Source: Takakia lepidozioides (taxonomy: Eukaryota > Plantae > Bryophyta). Taken from it: a DNA stretch of 64,000 nt. The notes beneath the pieces were generated by a model. It was not told where the DNA came from. It saw nothing but the letters and a program-made list of their open reading frames with translations, and ran no database searches. The stretch lies in the NCBI GenBank assembly GCA_030704615.1, contig CM060734.1, positions 31,000,001 through 31,064,000 on the forward strand, in the 5' to 3' direction. The translations under genes and the position numbers were made by a program. Positions 48,455 through 60,850 of this stretch are shown here, piece by piece. The first letter of the stretch is position 1, and each line of letters starts with the position of its first letter.

Positions 48455-48965
48455 TTACCGCCAATCTTTTTCTTTTTTTAAATAAATTGAAGCAACCGCC
48501 AACATAGCGGGTGCGCTATTTGTTTTTTTAATTCGAAAAATCAAGCACTGCCAGTTGCAACCGCCAATCTTGGTTTTTTTTTTAAAACATTTGAAGCGAC
48601 CGCCAATTGGCGGTCGCTATTTCTTTTTCTATTTTTCAAAAAATAAAGCGACCCGCGAGTGCGACGCCCATCTTGCTTTAAAAAAAATAAAATTGAAGCG
48701 ACCGCCAATACGGCGGTCGCTATTTCTTTTTTTTAATTTTCGAAAGACAAAGCGAATTGGCGGTCGTGCTCATTTGTTAATTTTCAAAATCTATTTGTCA
48801 CCGCCCACCGCCACCCTGTGGCGGCCGACGTGGCTGCTTAAGTGGCAGTTTTACCTTACTGGTCTATTTTTACCAAAATATTCTCTGAACCTGACGTGAT
48901 GGAGGTTCCGTCAGCGTCAGGTCCGGACGTGACCTAAACGCTGACGGACGGACGTGACGCCGATA
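48455..48965. repeat. gcgaccgccaa/ttggcggtcgc palindrome array plus acgtgac cluster (internal transposon end)
   Basis: A variant palindrome with A-rich spacers, followed by sequence resembling the outer termini. Confidence 0.7.
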
Positions 48966-49549
48966 ACCGGGTCTGCCTCCACAATGTGACTCTCTATCAA
49001 CGCAATCGTCTTGTTGGGGGCATCACTATCAAAGAACTGCCTTTTGGCATAGGCCAAGTCATCCCAATGTTCGCTCTGGCATTCCCATAACCCCAGCGGA
49101 TACAGTCAGGCCACTGATCCCTGCAACAAATAGCATTAAATCGGGAAAATTTGAGATGAACCTCAACCGAATAGATGATCTCCACCATGGCGTCCAGTGT
49201 TGGTTGGTAACCAGGTGCGATCCGCTTTCGCAAGGGACTTCCTGTACAGCTCGGGATCGAGGGATTTTTGAAGTCCGTCAGTGTGCTATGCCCACTTTCT
49301 TGCACTCTGTAGAGCGTATATGCCAGGTGAGTTTCCACGAAGGCCCTCTCTGTTACCCCTGCACAGAGAAAAAAAAAACAACATGAAACTATGATACCAA
49401 AATAACCAGATTTCACACAGCAATCCAATTTCCAGTTCATACAGTGGGTGACAGTCAAGAACATTGCCTTTTCACAGCGCCGCAACAGGCACTACACAAG
49501 GATATAATAGTGTACTTACAGTTTATATCCGCCATGGCACCCTTCAGCA

Positions 49550-50075
49550 GTCCTCTATCCCTCACGTCCACCTCACGACAATGCCAGTCCACCATGTAAT
49601 GCTAGTCGATATCTTGCGGATGCATTTCAGCAGCTATGTACTTATATCCAGACAAGCATCCTGTGGTTCCTGTCCAGACGAAGAACATCTTCCCTGCCAT
49701 GTGTGCGAATTGTGGGATTAGTCTTCAGAGAGGCTTCAAACTCGACATTTACAGTGTGCCAGTGGGGGCTCCAATTCTGAAGCTCCTCTGCAGTGGGGCC
49801 CCTTGTGACACCCTGGTCATTCTCAATGGAGACATAGAATGCTACCGATCCCCGTCTGTACCCCCCTTTCTGAAGTTGTGCTTCAATCGGTCGATGTCCC
49901 CTGGCAGTGCTTGCCTTACTACTGGAAAGCTAACCATGCGACACAAAGGAACTTTCAGATTCTTGAGATATACCATGGAGCCCAAAACGCGGTCTATGCT
50001 GCTATGAGTCTCTACCAGCAACCTGTTTGCTGCTATGTTCATGTCTCGTGCACTCATGAGCATATCCGTCACCAG
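49550..50075 (-). pseudogene. ParB/sulfiredoxin-fold-like gene (degenerate)
   Basis: KVPLCRMVSFPVVRQALPGDIDRLKHNF..G, then GKMFFVW[D-x]NHRMLVW after restoring one missing base. Confidence 0.55.
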
Positions 50076-50875
50076 TTTCTGACTTCTCTCACTTCTCTCA
50101 CCAGCCTACCTGTTGTCCTGGAGGTTTTGCTCCTCAGCAAGCTCCACCAGGTTCTGATCTCCTGGGAAGTCGTCAAGTCGTACCACGTTGTCGTCCTCAG
50201 CTTCTGTCAGTTCAATGGGCCGGCCTTCTACAGATCCAAGTCCGACATCTCCAGCGGCCTCCACCGCATCCGTGTCTTGGAAAACTGCCTACAAACCCAA
50301 TATCTTGGCTTCCAGTCTCCCAAGTGGTTTTACAGGCAAAGCCATGGGCTCCTTTTGCTTCCTCGGCTTCCGGACTCTAGGTGGGCTTTTCTGAGGCGAT
50401 TTCTGAGGTGTTCTGTGAGGAGTCGCCTGCCTCGATGCAGTTCCAGCTTGTGAGCGCAGTACCCGGGCAGAAGTATCCAAAGTTGACTGTGTTGGGTCAA
50501 CCCCCTGCGATCCCTCCCCAACTCCCATGTCAAACAAACAGGAAAACATGACACACTGCATGCAAAAAAAAGGTGTAAAAGGAATAGTGTGTATGGAGGG
50601 CTTCACATCCACGAAGCACGAATCTCTCACTGGTGGATTATCTGAGTCTCCGGATAACGAGGTCTGCATTTCTTGCATGAGACGGAGCTCAGTTTCATGA
50701 GGTGAATTAATTCCGAATTTCGTCGCCGGAATTCATCCCGTCGTTTCCAAATCTGTTACATGACAGACATGTTCATCCGGATTTCGGTGCCGAAATTCAT
50801 GAGAAGACCTGATTTATTGAAGCCCAACTGGTGGTACATCACAATTCAGGCATCCAATTTCCGATGTGAATTGCT

Positions 50876-52090
50876 GTGGTCGTCCGTATTTGTCACGTAC
50901 GTTACACACCTTCATCCATACCTACACTGATCACCCATCCTATTGGATACAGAATCCTCCAGAAAATGATTGTGGTATTATGTAGGACACACTCTTCTCA
51001 TTGCAGGACTTCGCTGCGGAGCCTACCGAGAGTTGTTGTCTTCAACATGGACTCTCGTGTTTGGGTAAACGTGTACTTCCATCCTGATTCTCTGAAAGCT
51101 AAAATACCCTGCGACCAAGGATTTGCAATTGTCACTGAGCAGTACTTGTGTGTGAAGTTCGGGCTCCGCCCGGGAACGGTGTTTTCGGAAGAGGAGATGA
51201 AGGATGCATATGGGAATTGTTTGGAAAGTGTCGTCATTCTGCATGCAGATTTCGGAAAGGGCAAAGAGTGGCGGCTCCCACCTTCTGAATCCATCCGGTA
51301 CAGTGCAATTGGTGAAATCGTGCCTAAAGAGTTCTCATGCTGGAACTTGGTTGATCCTCCTTCCACAAGAGGGTCTGGTGTGCAAGATGTGAAGTCTGCC
51401 ATGAGGGATGTGGGCACCTCTTCACAAGAAGAGAAGCCCAAACATGTGAAAAAGGGAAACCGAGGATTTGCCACTCCATCGCTTGTCGGTGGGTGCACTT
51501 TGCAAGGAAACAGTCGTCCACAACTTATCCAGTGACGATGAAGATTGTATGGTCCTTCCATCGTATGTATCGAAGTCGTCCGTCACTAGGAGTGTGTAGA
51601 TGTCGGCAGACAATGAGCACACACCCTCGGACTCAACTTCCGTCCGCTCAGTAATCGACATATTGCGGAGGATGAAGACAACAGGTTCCCGCTCCAGTGA
51701 CCTTCTTAGGCTTGATTACGACAAAACTCCAATCCATTCTATGGAAACTTTGCCTGAAGTTGTGGATGGGAATGCTATCTACGAGTTCCCTCCAGTGCAC
51801 ATGTTACCACTACACGAGCAAAGGCACCTGGAATGAGACAGACTGGATTGGCAATTCGTCGACCCTATTTTGGCCTCAAGGTAGAGTTCCTGCAAGGACT
51901 TTCAAGTGTGCCCATTGCAACGCAGCCCCTACGTGCATGGCAGTGTCAACGCCAAACAGTACTACGTCGGGACTGTCGGCCCAGCGTGCGGATGTGGTTG
52001 AAGCCCATCTTTTGCCCGCATGTGCTTGAACATGTGCGGAGACACAACAAAAGAATAAATCATTTGCCTCTCCAACGATGCGCTCACCCC
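50876..52090 (+). pseudogene. MULE-associated ORF remnant, possibly the transposase N-terminal zinc-binding region
   Basis: 219 aa ORF, then LDYDK..LPEVVDGNAIYEFPP and FKCAHC..C. No DDE core seen. Confidence 0.4.
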
Positions 52091-52755
52091 TCAAGCCATT
52101 CGAGAATTTAATTGAATTTAAATCAATTTTAAGCCAATGATTAGGTTTGCACTGCTTTTGATTGGGGGTTTCTACCACGTATCGATTTTGTTTTTGGCTC
52201 AATTTTGTTTTGCGGCTTCAAGCATCCCACCGCTACTCCCCCGCCAAAATTTGGACCAATAAAAAATGTCCAAAAAAAAAGTGTTCTCTTTGCTCACTAT
52301 TGTAGAACTCTCTATGAAGATTACATGAAGTAGAACACAAATCAAGTTTGGAGTGCAAAACAGGGATGAAACTGTAGTTTTGGGTCCAAATGAATTTTGT
52401 TCGCTCCCAAATTTGGCACGCACAATGTATGGCAAAAAGTAATGACCAATGGAGGAAGATAGATATATATGTTCGGAAATTTCCAGGCATAGGTCTCATT
52501 CTGAAAGCAGGCACCCACAATGTATGGCAACCAACTACAAACTCCAACAACTGAGCAATCTACAAGCAAAAACCTTTAGGTCTCGATTCTCCCATTCGAG
52601 AATTTTGAGGCAGCAAAGGTTCATTCCAGGCATGGAGTGCTGCATCATCCCCCCACTATACGCAGAAGAGACGCAAAGTAAAGTAAAGAACCCTACAAGT
52701 AATTTATGCACACCATGGAAGCGTGAACTAGAAGCCATCAAAACACGGTCCTTTC

Positions 52756-54555
52756 TCACATTCTTCTTGGGAATTTCAGTGCCGAAATAGCCCAGTGTGC
52801 ACCTTCATAATATGGCCATTTTAAATTAAAAAACCGTAAGGCGACATCCAATGGCATGTTGTACCGGTTGTACTCGTATCCCGTGGGCATATTGTCTTGC
52901 AACCCAAACAACTCGTAGAAACGTCGATGGATTGGTCCACGGCAGTCAGGGCATTGGCTGGCTCGCATGGCTGCCGATATGAGACATGCGGGGTGGAACA
53001 AATGGCCACATGAACCAAGCATATAGCCTCCCTCCGGTCCGTAAGGGTTTAGGCACATTGTGCACACCGTACCATCTGTTACCCATGACGCTGGATTGCT
53101 CCGTGGTATCCACGTCCGTTTATCCTCATGAATGTTGGATGACATCCTCGGCCTGCTGTCCCACTCCTCCTCTACTTCCAAATCCTAGTTTATGCTCTTA
53201 TTGGTATCGGAAATTGTATGCACACAGTGCTCAAACATGGCATCCACATCACCCCATGTGGTGAATCCAGTATACTTCGACGTAAATACATCACACACAG
53301 TGTCGTGCCTTTGCAAATTAGCATAGATGTTATCTACGCTTCGATTCGACAAATGTGCTGCACGTTGGAGGGAGGACAACGCTTCTTCTATCTGTGTTTC
53401 CCGCGATGCTAGATGACCTGCTCATGTCACCCAATTCCGCCAATTCCCCTTCAACCATGGCCACGATCGGATTTGCATGGCATTTGAGTACCGATATACA
53501 ACAGCCCTAGCTTGTTCGCATTCCCCCACAAACTGCTCTAATTCCTGTTCCTGGGCCGATGTAATTTGCACGGCTGAACATTCCCCAGTTTCCACTACGG
53601 GGTCCTTCCATTTTCTTGCCCTCTCCGCCGCAAGTCTTTCATCCTCAACCCTCGCCGGGTCTAGTTCAGGCGTTTGCACTTCATTCCCATGCCCGATTGA
53701 GTCAACCCCGTCGATGACGCGGTCAATGTCTATTGGTGGCATATTCAAACGCGTCACTATGTCTTGCTCGTTGGTGATTGGCCTCGAGTCCTGAAGCACA
53801 CCGTGTACGCTGTCGAGAGTCCCCAACCCCATTCTTTCCAGCAACTTCACTATTTGCCACCGTTGCAAATAAACAATGTCCTGCAGGTCCTTGATGTGTT
53901 GTTCATGTGTGGGCAACTGTTCCTCCAACGGAGAGCGTACCTCGCCTCCCTCCACCTCAGACGTTGAAGGCCCGGCTACGAAGATCTGTTGTGGAGTATA
54001 ATCTAGAGGTTGGTCTGTCTTTCCTCCTTCTTCCACCTCGTCGAACCGTATGATGTCCTGCCCCTGACATATATACAAGTCTGGGATATCAGAGAACATG
54101 TATAGTCTAGTACGCTGTCTCGCAGTGGCAGTTTGCCAATCCACTGGTCGCAATAAAATCAACTCTGTGTACAACATGGCCGCAAATAAATATGGGACCT
54201 TGTTGTTGACGAGCGGTTGACCCCACAATGTTGTATGTACCTCCTCTGCACTGTGGCGGAAATGCGGGTTGGCGCAGGAATGCAAGCTAGCTTGATTTTG
54301 TTTGGTTTGTGGATCATGTCTATCTCTGGGCCACAAACGATTTATGTGACATCAGTACACAAATTTCCTACAGTCACCAAGCGACCACCGCTGCCCCAAC
54401 CTCCAAACTTCCCAACCTGGTTCCGCAAGAATGTTGGGGTCATTGTATATGTCCCAACAAAGTTCGCGCCTGGCCTCTTTTGGCTTTTTTTTGGAAGGTC
54501 CAGGTTCATTATCGTCATCCCTGGGATGACCTCCTCTGTCTTCCTCCTCCGCCAT
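52756..54555 (-). pseudogene. TE-borne gene with a C-terminal RING-H2 finger
   Basis: CTMC-x14-CGHLFHPAC-x10-CPDC in 52756-53181; a 304 aa ORF lies upstream on the same strand. Confidence 0.7.
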
Positions 54556-55347
54556 TTATGGCTCTGGCTTACCCTTACTCGACAAGTGTTTGCTAAGAAA
54601 AATACTCTCCCAACCCTCCTAAATCGTACCTAATCCTACTCCCTAATAAATCCTCCCCAAGTATTAGAGGCACGTGTCACTCCCTCCGTAGTTCTAAGTG
54701 ATATGACGCAATGTGCAATGAAAAAAACGTGGGTGCCAGAGAAGGGCTTCCCGGGAGGTACTCAACATCGATTTCGTAGAAACCAACGGCCCAAAATACC
54801 CCCCACCCAACCAATAGCATCCCTCTTCACTTGGACTCATTGACAAAGAATGCAACATCCTATCACCCACCAAGTCCTGGTGTGGAGAAAAGTGAGGGAG
54901 AGAATGGCCTCCAAGGCCTTATAAGCCCCCCCTCCACATTCGGGGCGCGCGTTGTCATCATGACTGCGCACGCTAGTAATAGCTGCGACCGCCAGCAGGG
55001 GGTGGTCGCATTATTTTTCTTTTCTTTACCAGGTGCGACCACTAGCAGAGGGGTGGTCACAGAATTTTTATTTTTTTTAATAGGTGCAACCACCAGCAGG
55101 GGGGTGGTCGCACATTTTTAAAAAAAAAATAGGTGCAACCACCAGCAGGGAGGTGGTCGCATAATTTTTCTTTTTTTTAATAGGCGCGACCATCAGCAGG
55201 AGGGTGGTCGCAGAAATTTTGTTTAAAACAAATAGGTGCGACCCCCACCTGCTGGTGGTCGCACTATTTTCCTTTTCTTTAATAGATGCGACCACCAGCA
55301 GGGTGGTCGTAGGGGGGTGGTCGCATAATTTTCTGATTTTTTAATAT

Positions 55348-55570
55348 CTACCAACAGTCAGTAGCTCAGTTGGTTAAGTGCACTGGGTGCGACCCGGACG
55401 ATTCTGGGCCAAATCTTGCTACTTGATGGGTGTGGTATGGTTCGTGTGTGGTGCCCCATTCCTACGCCTCATGGCGCATAAATGAAAGAGGTTATTTTCT
55501 CCTCTCACTACTAAGGGGGCCTGATTTGTGAGCTGTCGCTCCCAGGTGTTTCCCCAAAAAAAAAAAAAAT
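55348..55570 (+). mobile_element. tRNA-derived SINE (copy 2)
   Basis: tagctcagttggtt A box, degenerate B box, poly(A); homologous to the 14450 copy. Confidence 0.8.
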
Positions 55571-55724
55571 GCGACCACCAGCAGGGGGGTGATCGCACCA
55601 ATTTTTTTAGGGGCGACCACCAGCAAGGGGGTGGTCGCAGAATTTTCTATTTTTAAATAGCTGCGACCACCAGCAGGGGGGTGGTCGGACCATTTTTCTT
55701 TTTGTTAAATAGGTGTGAATAATA

Positions 55725-56027
55725 TGTAGAGCAGTTTCATTCAGGCCCTGATTCTAGAATGGTCCAGGAATTACTGTGGCCCAGGAATTAGAGTGGGGCG
55801 CCTATGTAGGAAGACCACGTGTATTAAAGAATGAGATGAGGGGTCCAAAAAAAGAATGGAGGAATTGGCTAAATTTAGAATAGAAAGTCTTGTAGGGTTG
55901 ACATGTGTCCAGGGCCTTCTAGAAGGCTCCCAGGGTCGGCGGGCTTCTAGAAGGGTCCCACCGCCCTGAGAGGCTATATAAGGGAACCCCCCTCTTACTA
56001 CGTACTAACTTACTACCTATTAAATCA
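55725..56027 (+). mobile_element. LTR-like fragment
   Basis: TG start, ttctagaagg repeats, ctatataaggg TATA-like box; no TSD found. Confidence 0.4.
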
Positions 56028-56454
56028 GTAAATAGATGCGACTACCAGCAGGGGGGTGGTCGCAACATTTTTCTTTTATTTTAACAGTTGCGACGACCGC
56101 TACTGGTGGTCGCATAATTATTATTTTCCACCAGGAGGTTGGTCCCCTTGCACCTGTATGTATGTTTGGAGAGGCAGATGAAAAGCACATGTATCGACTC
56201 CCCATGAATTTGTGAAGGGGAAGATGAATGTTGGGAGCTGCACCTAGCCTTTGTAGCTTTCGAAACCATAATAGGAAATCAACAATGTAAAGGTAATGAC
56301 GAAACACAAACACACGCACAACCACCAAACCCTTTCTTGGGTACACATATTCCACCATTTTTATTTCCGTACACGTATGCATGTACCCAAACTGAAACAT
56401 GGATATCCATGGAAACATACTACACATCATGTGACAGAAGTTATAGCTGTACCT

Positions 56455-58554
56455 AGTTCCGTCTGGCACGACGATGATGGTATGATCTCACGCCTAGTAC
56501 AAAATCTTCATCCCCACTCACTTCACCCCCGTTCCCACGATCAGTGCTAGAATCATGATCTCCATCTGTTCTTTCGTTTCCAGAGGCAACTGGCCATTGG
56601 ACCTGTAGTCGTCCTCGGAGTACGTTCAGTTGTCTCTCTGGTCGAGTTCCACTCCTATCATGAATACCATCTAGGGTATCAGGCCTATTCACAGGTCGGT
56701 CACCAACAAAAGGTTGCACAATTCTCTGCCGTTTCTGGGCTTGTCCCGGATTTCGTGGTGGCCTTGGAGCAGGTCTCGTATGAAGAAGACTACTTGCACG
56801 TATATCAGAGGGGCCGACATGTGAGGAAGGGCCATGAGATGGACCAGCGAGGGTCGAGGGAGCACGGTTCACATGCGGACGTCGTCGGGCCAGACGAAAC
56901 GACAATGGCCGGTCGTCGTCATCTGATGGTTCGACTTGGAGAAGTCCCGCAGCAGAAGAAGCATCTCCCAGGATCGGAGTAGCGATGGAAGGAATTACAT
57001 GAGGGGGAGAGAGACTAGATGGACCAACATAGGATGGACCGGCTTGAGAAAGAGAAACATGAGATGGAGCGGCATGAGATGAAGCACGGTTCACAGGGGC
57101 ACAATGTCGATGAAGGAATGACAACGGCCGGTTGTCATCATCCGACGATTCGACCTGCACATCTCCCGCAGTCCGTGGAACTCGTGGTGGGGGAGAGTTG
57201 ACCTCAACTTCATTGTTGAGAGTGTGCTCCACTGGGGGAAGGGGGTCCACAATTGGGATGACACCATGTCGCAGTTCATCAACAACAAGGTTATCGAATG
57301 ATGGATGCATTGCATCATCATCGTCATTAAATTCATGTGGGTCATGTGGAGGATTGCCCACATCATCGGACCCATCCCAACCGTTGGAGTCGGAGTCCCT
57401 CGCGGCGTCAATGTCATGATTGCTGCTAGATTGGACCTCTGAGGCAGATACTTCAGACAACAGATTCTTCTCGTACCATGCAGATGTGTCACTTGCTGTC
57501 CTCTCTCGCAGTAACCTACAATTCGTGTAGACATAAACCAATTTGTCAGCCCTGGCAGGATTCAACCTGTTGTGAATCTTGTTGTGAACAAACGAGTAAC
57601 TGCTCTAGTTCCGCTCACAGGACGAGGCAGAGTACACTTGAGCAAGAATACGCTTTGCAATGGGAGCTAACATTATTGCTTCAGCTCCAATCAGATCCCA
57701 CCGTTCATGTGGCAACATGTTCATTGCTTTTGGATCTGGCATGTCATGGAAAGGATTCTGGTGATCCGAGAAGCACTGGTACTCGGACAAAGCTTGCTCT
57801 ACCATGTTCAAGGACGCGAGTTGCATGATGACCCGTACAAGCCCGACTTTGGCATCCACATCGTCTCTCAAATCCGTATTGTCTAGCAAGAATGGATTCA
57901 GCAAGGCCCCCGCATAATGCAAGTACGTGCGGAGATCGCGATAACTTAGAGGTGTGTATGTGGACTTGGAATCGGACATGGCTTTGACAGCAGCCACAAA
58001 CACAGGAAGCCTCGAGACATTGAACGAAATATTGGCCTCGTAAAAAAATTGGGCCCACTTCTTATCCAGAGTCCTCCTGTGCGACAAATTTAAGCCTTCT
58101 TGCATTGATTGTTGCCTCAATGGTCTGGTCCGTACAAGTGCTGGCATACAATCGGGTGTTGCTCCTGACCCACCGGCTTCTCCACGAACAGCAGACGCCT
58201 CGCAAGAATCCCCCTGGATACAACTCTGAGGGACATTTTGATTCGAACCTGGAGTGTTTGGCTCAGAAGCCGCGGCCACATCAAGTGACAGTGGGATATT
58301 GCCTCCACATTGGGCAAAGTGGGCTTTCACTCGCATGGAGGCTTTTAGGCATAAACTAACCCCTGCATTCTTCCCATCTCTGTAGTCGAGGTGATATAAC
58401 ATGCGATCTTTGCGACCCGCCAGCTTCAATGCACAAAGATTGCATTGAACACCGTCTTTTTTGTGCGGGTCTACGGTGAACCAAATGATCCACTCCTCAC
58501 TCATCCTCACACCCAAACCTTAACCACAGACTTAAGGTTGAACGAAGAACACTA
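56455..58554 (-). mobile_element. Internally deleted hAT transposase insertion
   Basis: BED finger (CNLC..RMLYHL), QFFYEANISFN and dimerisation domain (IAKRILAQVYSASSCERN*..NRLNPARADKLVYV); near-TSD ctgtacct/gtgtactt. Confidence 0.8.
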
Positions 58555-58869
58555 GTGTACTTGGTAGATTTGTCAAGAGCAATAGAAGTTAGAACAGAAT
58601 GCGATGGCCCAACACTACGGCATCAATCCAAGTGGATCAATGCACCATGTAGTATTGTGCTTTTCGACAATTTGCTGCAGTGGCTCTGGTGGAAGCCACA
58701 ACAGCAAACGGTCCGCACCCTCCTCTTGGGCTTACACTCTTGCTCAAGGAATAGAGAACATTCACTCGCCACAAAAGTGTTTGCCACAAAAGAAGTGATG
58801 GGAATTGGGACCACCTTACACACCCTCCAACCTCCAAGCCTTACACACTTGACGAATCAGAATCCAATG

Positions 58870-59385
58870 CTGCGACCGTTCCAGGTCGCACAAGGAAGTC
58901 GCATGTTATTTTTAAAAAAAAAACCATTGCGACCACCATCATGCTGGTGGTCGCAGTTATTAAAAAACAGAAAATTGCTGCGACCACCCCCATGCTCGTG
59001 GTCACATAGATTATTAAAATAAAATAAATAAAAATAAAAATAAAATTGTTGCAACCACCCCCTACTGGTGGTCGCACTTATTAAAAAAACTGAAAAATGC
59101 TGCGACCATCCCCATGCTGGTGGTCGCAGATATTAAAAAATAGAAAAATATTGTGACCACCCCCCTGATGGTGGTCGCACCTATTACAAATAAAATAAAA
59201 ATTGTACGACCACCACTAGCGGTGGTCGCAACTGTTTAAGAAAAGAAAAAAATGCGACCACCCCTGCTGGTGGTCGCATCTATTTTTAAAAAACAAAAAT
59301 GTTGCGACAACCCCTCTGCTGGTGGTCACAACTATTATAAAATAAAGTAAATTCTGCGACCACCACCATTTGGAGGTTGCACCAA
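58870..59385. repeat. Right subterminal palindrome array with A-rich spacers
   Basis: Mirror orientation of 45637-46012. Confidence 0.85.
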
Positions 59386-59600
59386 TTTAACAATAATGAT
59401 TTTATAAATATTGGCGGATGGAGTAATTTATAAAACAATTCATTCACTTGCCAAGGTGTCGCCTGGAATACAACGTGTCCACCTATGTGGCATATTTTTC
59501 ACCTAACTCATGTTTTACTGATTTTTCGGCAAGCTGACGTGACGTTGGTCGCGTCAATGTCAGGTCCGACGTGACGTGACGTCACTGACGTATGCAACCC

Positions 59601-60100
59601 TGGTCAATTGGAAGCCGCAGCAACAGCGACACAAATGATCAAATCAGGCACCTCAACCATGACCACAGCTTCTGGAAGAGGATTAAGAGAGGGAGTCCAC
59701 ATTGTCTATTCTGGCACTTCTGGGCATGTCAAGATGCTTTGTGAGGACAGACTGAATGAGGCTCTACAGACTTTAAACCAATGAGGAATTTCAGTAGATT
59801 TAGATAAGTATGTCTGTCTCTTGCTTAAGTGCATCAAGAGGAAAGGTCTGGAAGCTGGAAAGCAGGTGCATACTCACATTATGATCCAAAATGGACTCAC
59901 GCCAACTGTTTTTCTCCTCAACACCCTTGTCAACCTGTATGTTAAGTGCAGGATCATCATGAATGCTCACCAAGTTTTCAACAAAATGCCTCAACTATCT
60001 TTGATCTCATGGAATACAATGTTGGAAGGATTTACCACGCGTGGGTGTTTGTGTTTGCAAAAGCGTGTGCAAGCCTGAGACCTCTGGAAAATGGGGGAAA
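59601..60100 (+). pseudogene. PDF tail, linker and first PPR motifs (continuation of 45394)
   Basis: GQLEAAATATQMIKSG..HVKMLCE..EALQTLNQ*G..LLLKCIKRKGLEAGKQVH..NTLVNLYVKC..VFNKMP..SWNTML. Confidence 0.8.
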
Positions 60101-60302
60101 GGGGGCACCTTCTTCAATAGCACAGCGGCTACAAGTGGGTAGATGGTCAACTAGAAACAGTAGCGGTAGCAGCACATTGATAGAACAAGGCACTAGCTAG
60201 GATCAATAGCTATAAGAAACCTGCATGGGTAGATGGTCAACTAAAGGCAACAGCTGCAACGTCACAGTTGATAAAATCAGGCACCTCAACCAAGACCACA
60301 GC

Positions 60303-60850
60303 TCGACATTGACTACAATGTTATCCCCAACTTCAATAGCATCAGCAAGTGTTACGGTATCCCCCCCAAACAGCCAAGCTTCCGGGTTCCCTTTGTCCTC
60401 CATGATTCCACGGGCTACAACCTTGTTTAGCGGTTCAATGGTCTTGAACTTCCACTCACCTACATGAGCCTTGTTCTTACAAGCACCCCAATTCAGATCC
60501 AAACAATAGACACAAGAGCAAGATAAATGTCGCATCTTCAGCATGGTACCGGACTGGGTGCTGTAACCATATATGCAATGCACAGATTGACTGCCCTTGA
60601 TCCCCTTACAGTCCCAAGGCTCAGAGCAATCCACATCCCCATCCCCTATGTCCCAAAATATCCTTAAGATATTTGTTGCAGCGCCAGGGTAGGACGAGGG
60701 TGCAGCACCCGAAGCCTCAGCACGTAAAAAAAAGACACAGTCATTTGCATTTTGCAGCTTGGAGCCGCGGGACTTAATTTGCTCACTTCTCAGCTTTTGC
60801 TTTGGCATTGCTCCAGCCCCATCATGCTCACCCTTCCCGTGACCTTGTGC
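60303..60850 (-). pseudogene. Sola2-like transposase fragment
   Basis: GHGKGEHDGAGAMPK, GIKGSQSVHC, RHLSCSCVYC..C. Confidence 0.6.

Larger units (their letters stand above)
54984..56115. repeat. gcgaccacc..ggtggtcgc palindrome array, interrupted by a SINE and an LTR-like fragment
   Basis: More than 10 units with T-rich spacers. Confidence 0.85.
45395..59600. mobile_element. 14.2 kb Mutator-like (MULE) composite element
   Basis: TGGTCAATT(G) is duplicated at 45386 and 59601, while the uninterrupted paralogue at ~39124 has a single copy. G...C termini with gttgca, acgtgacg-rich ends and palindromic subterminal arrays. Confidence 0.85.

Noticed and set aside
54984-56115. CRISPR-like array of palindromic repeats with spacers
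   Set aside because: Spacers are low-complexity T/A tracts, repeats vary, there are no cas genes, and the context is a plant transposon.
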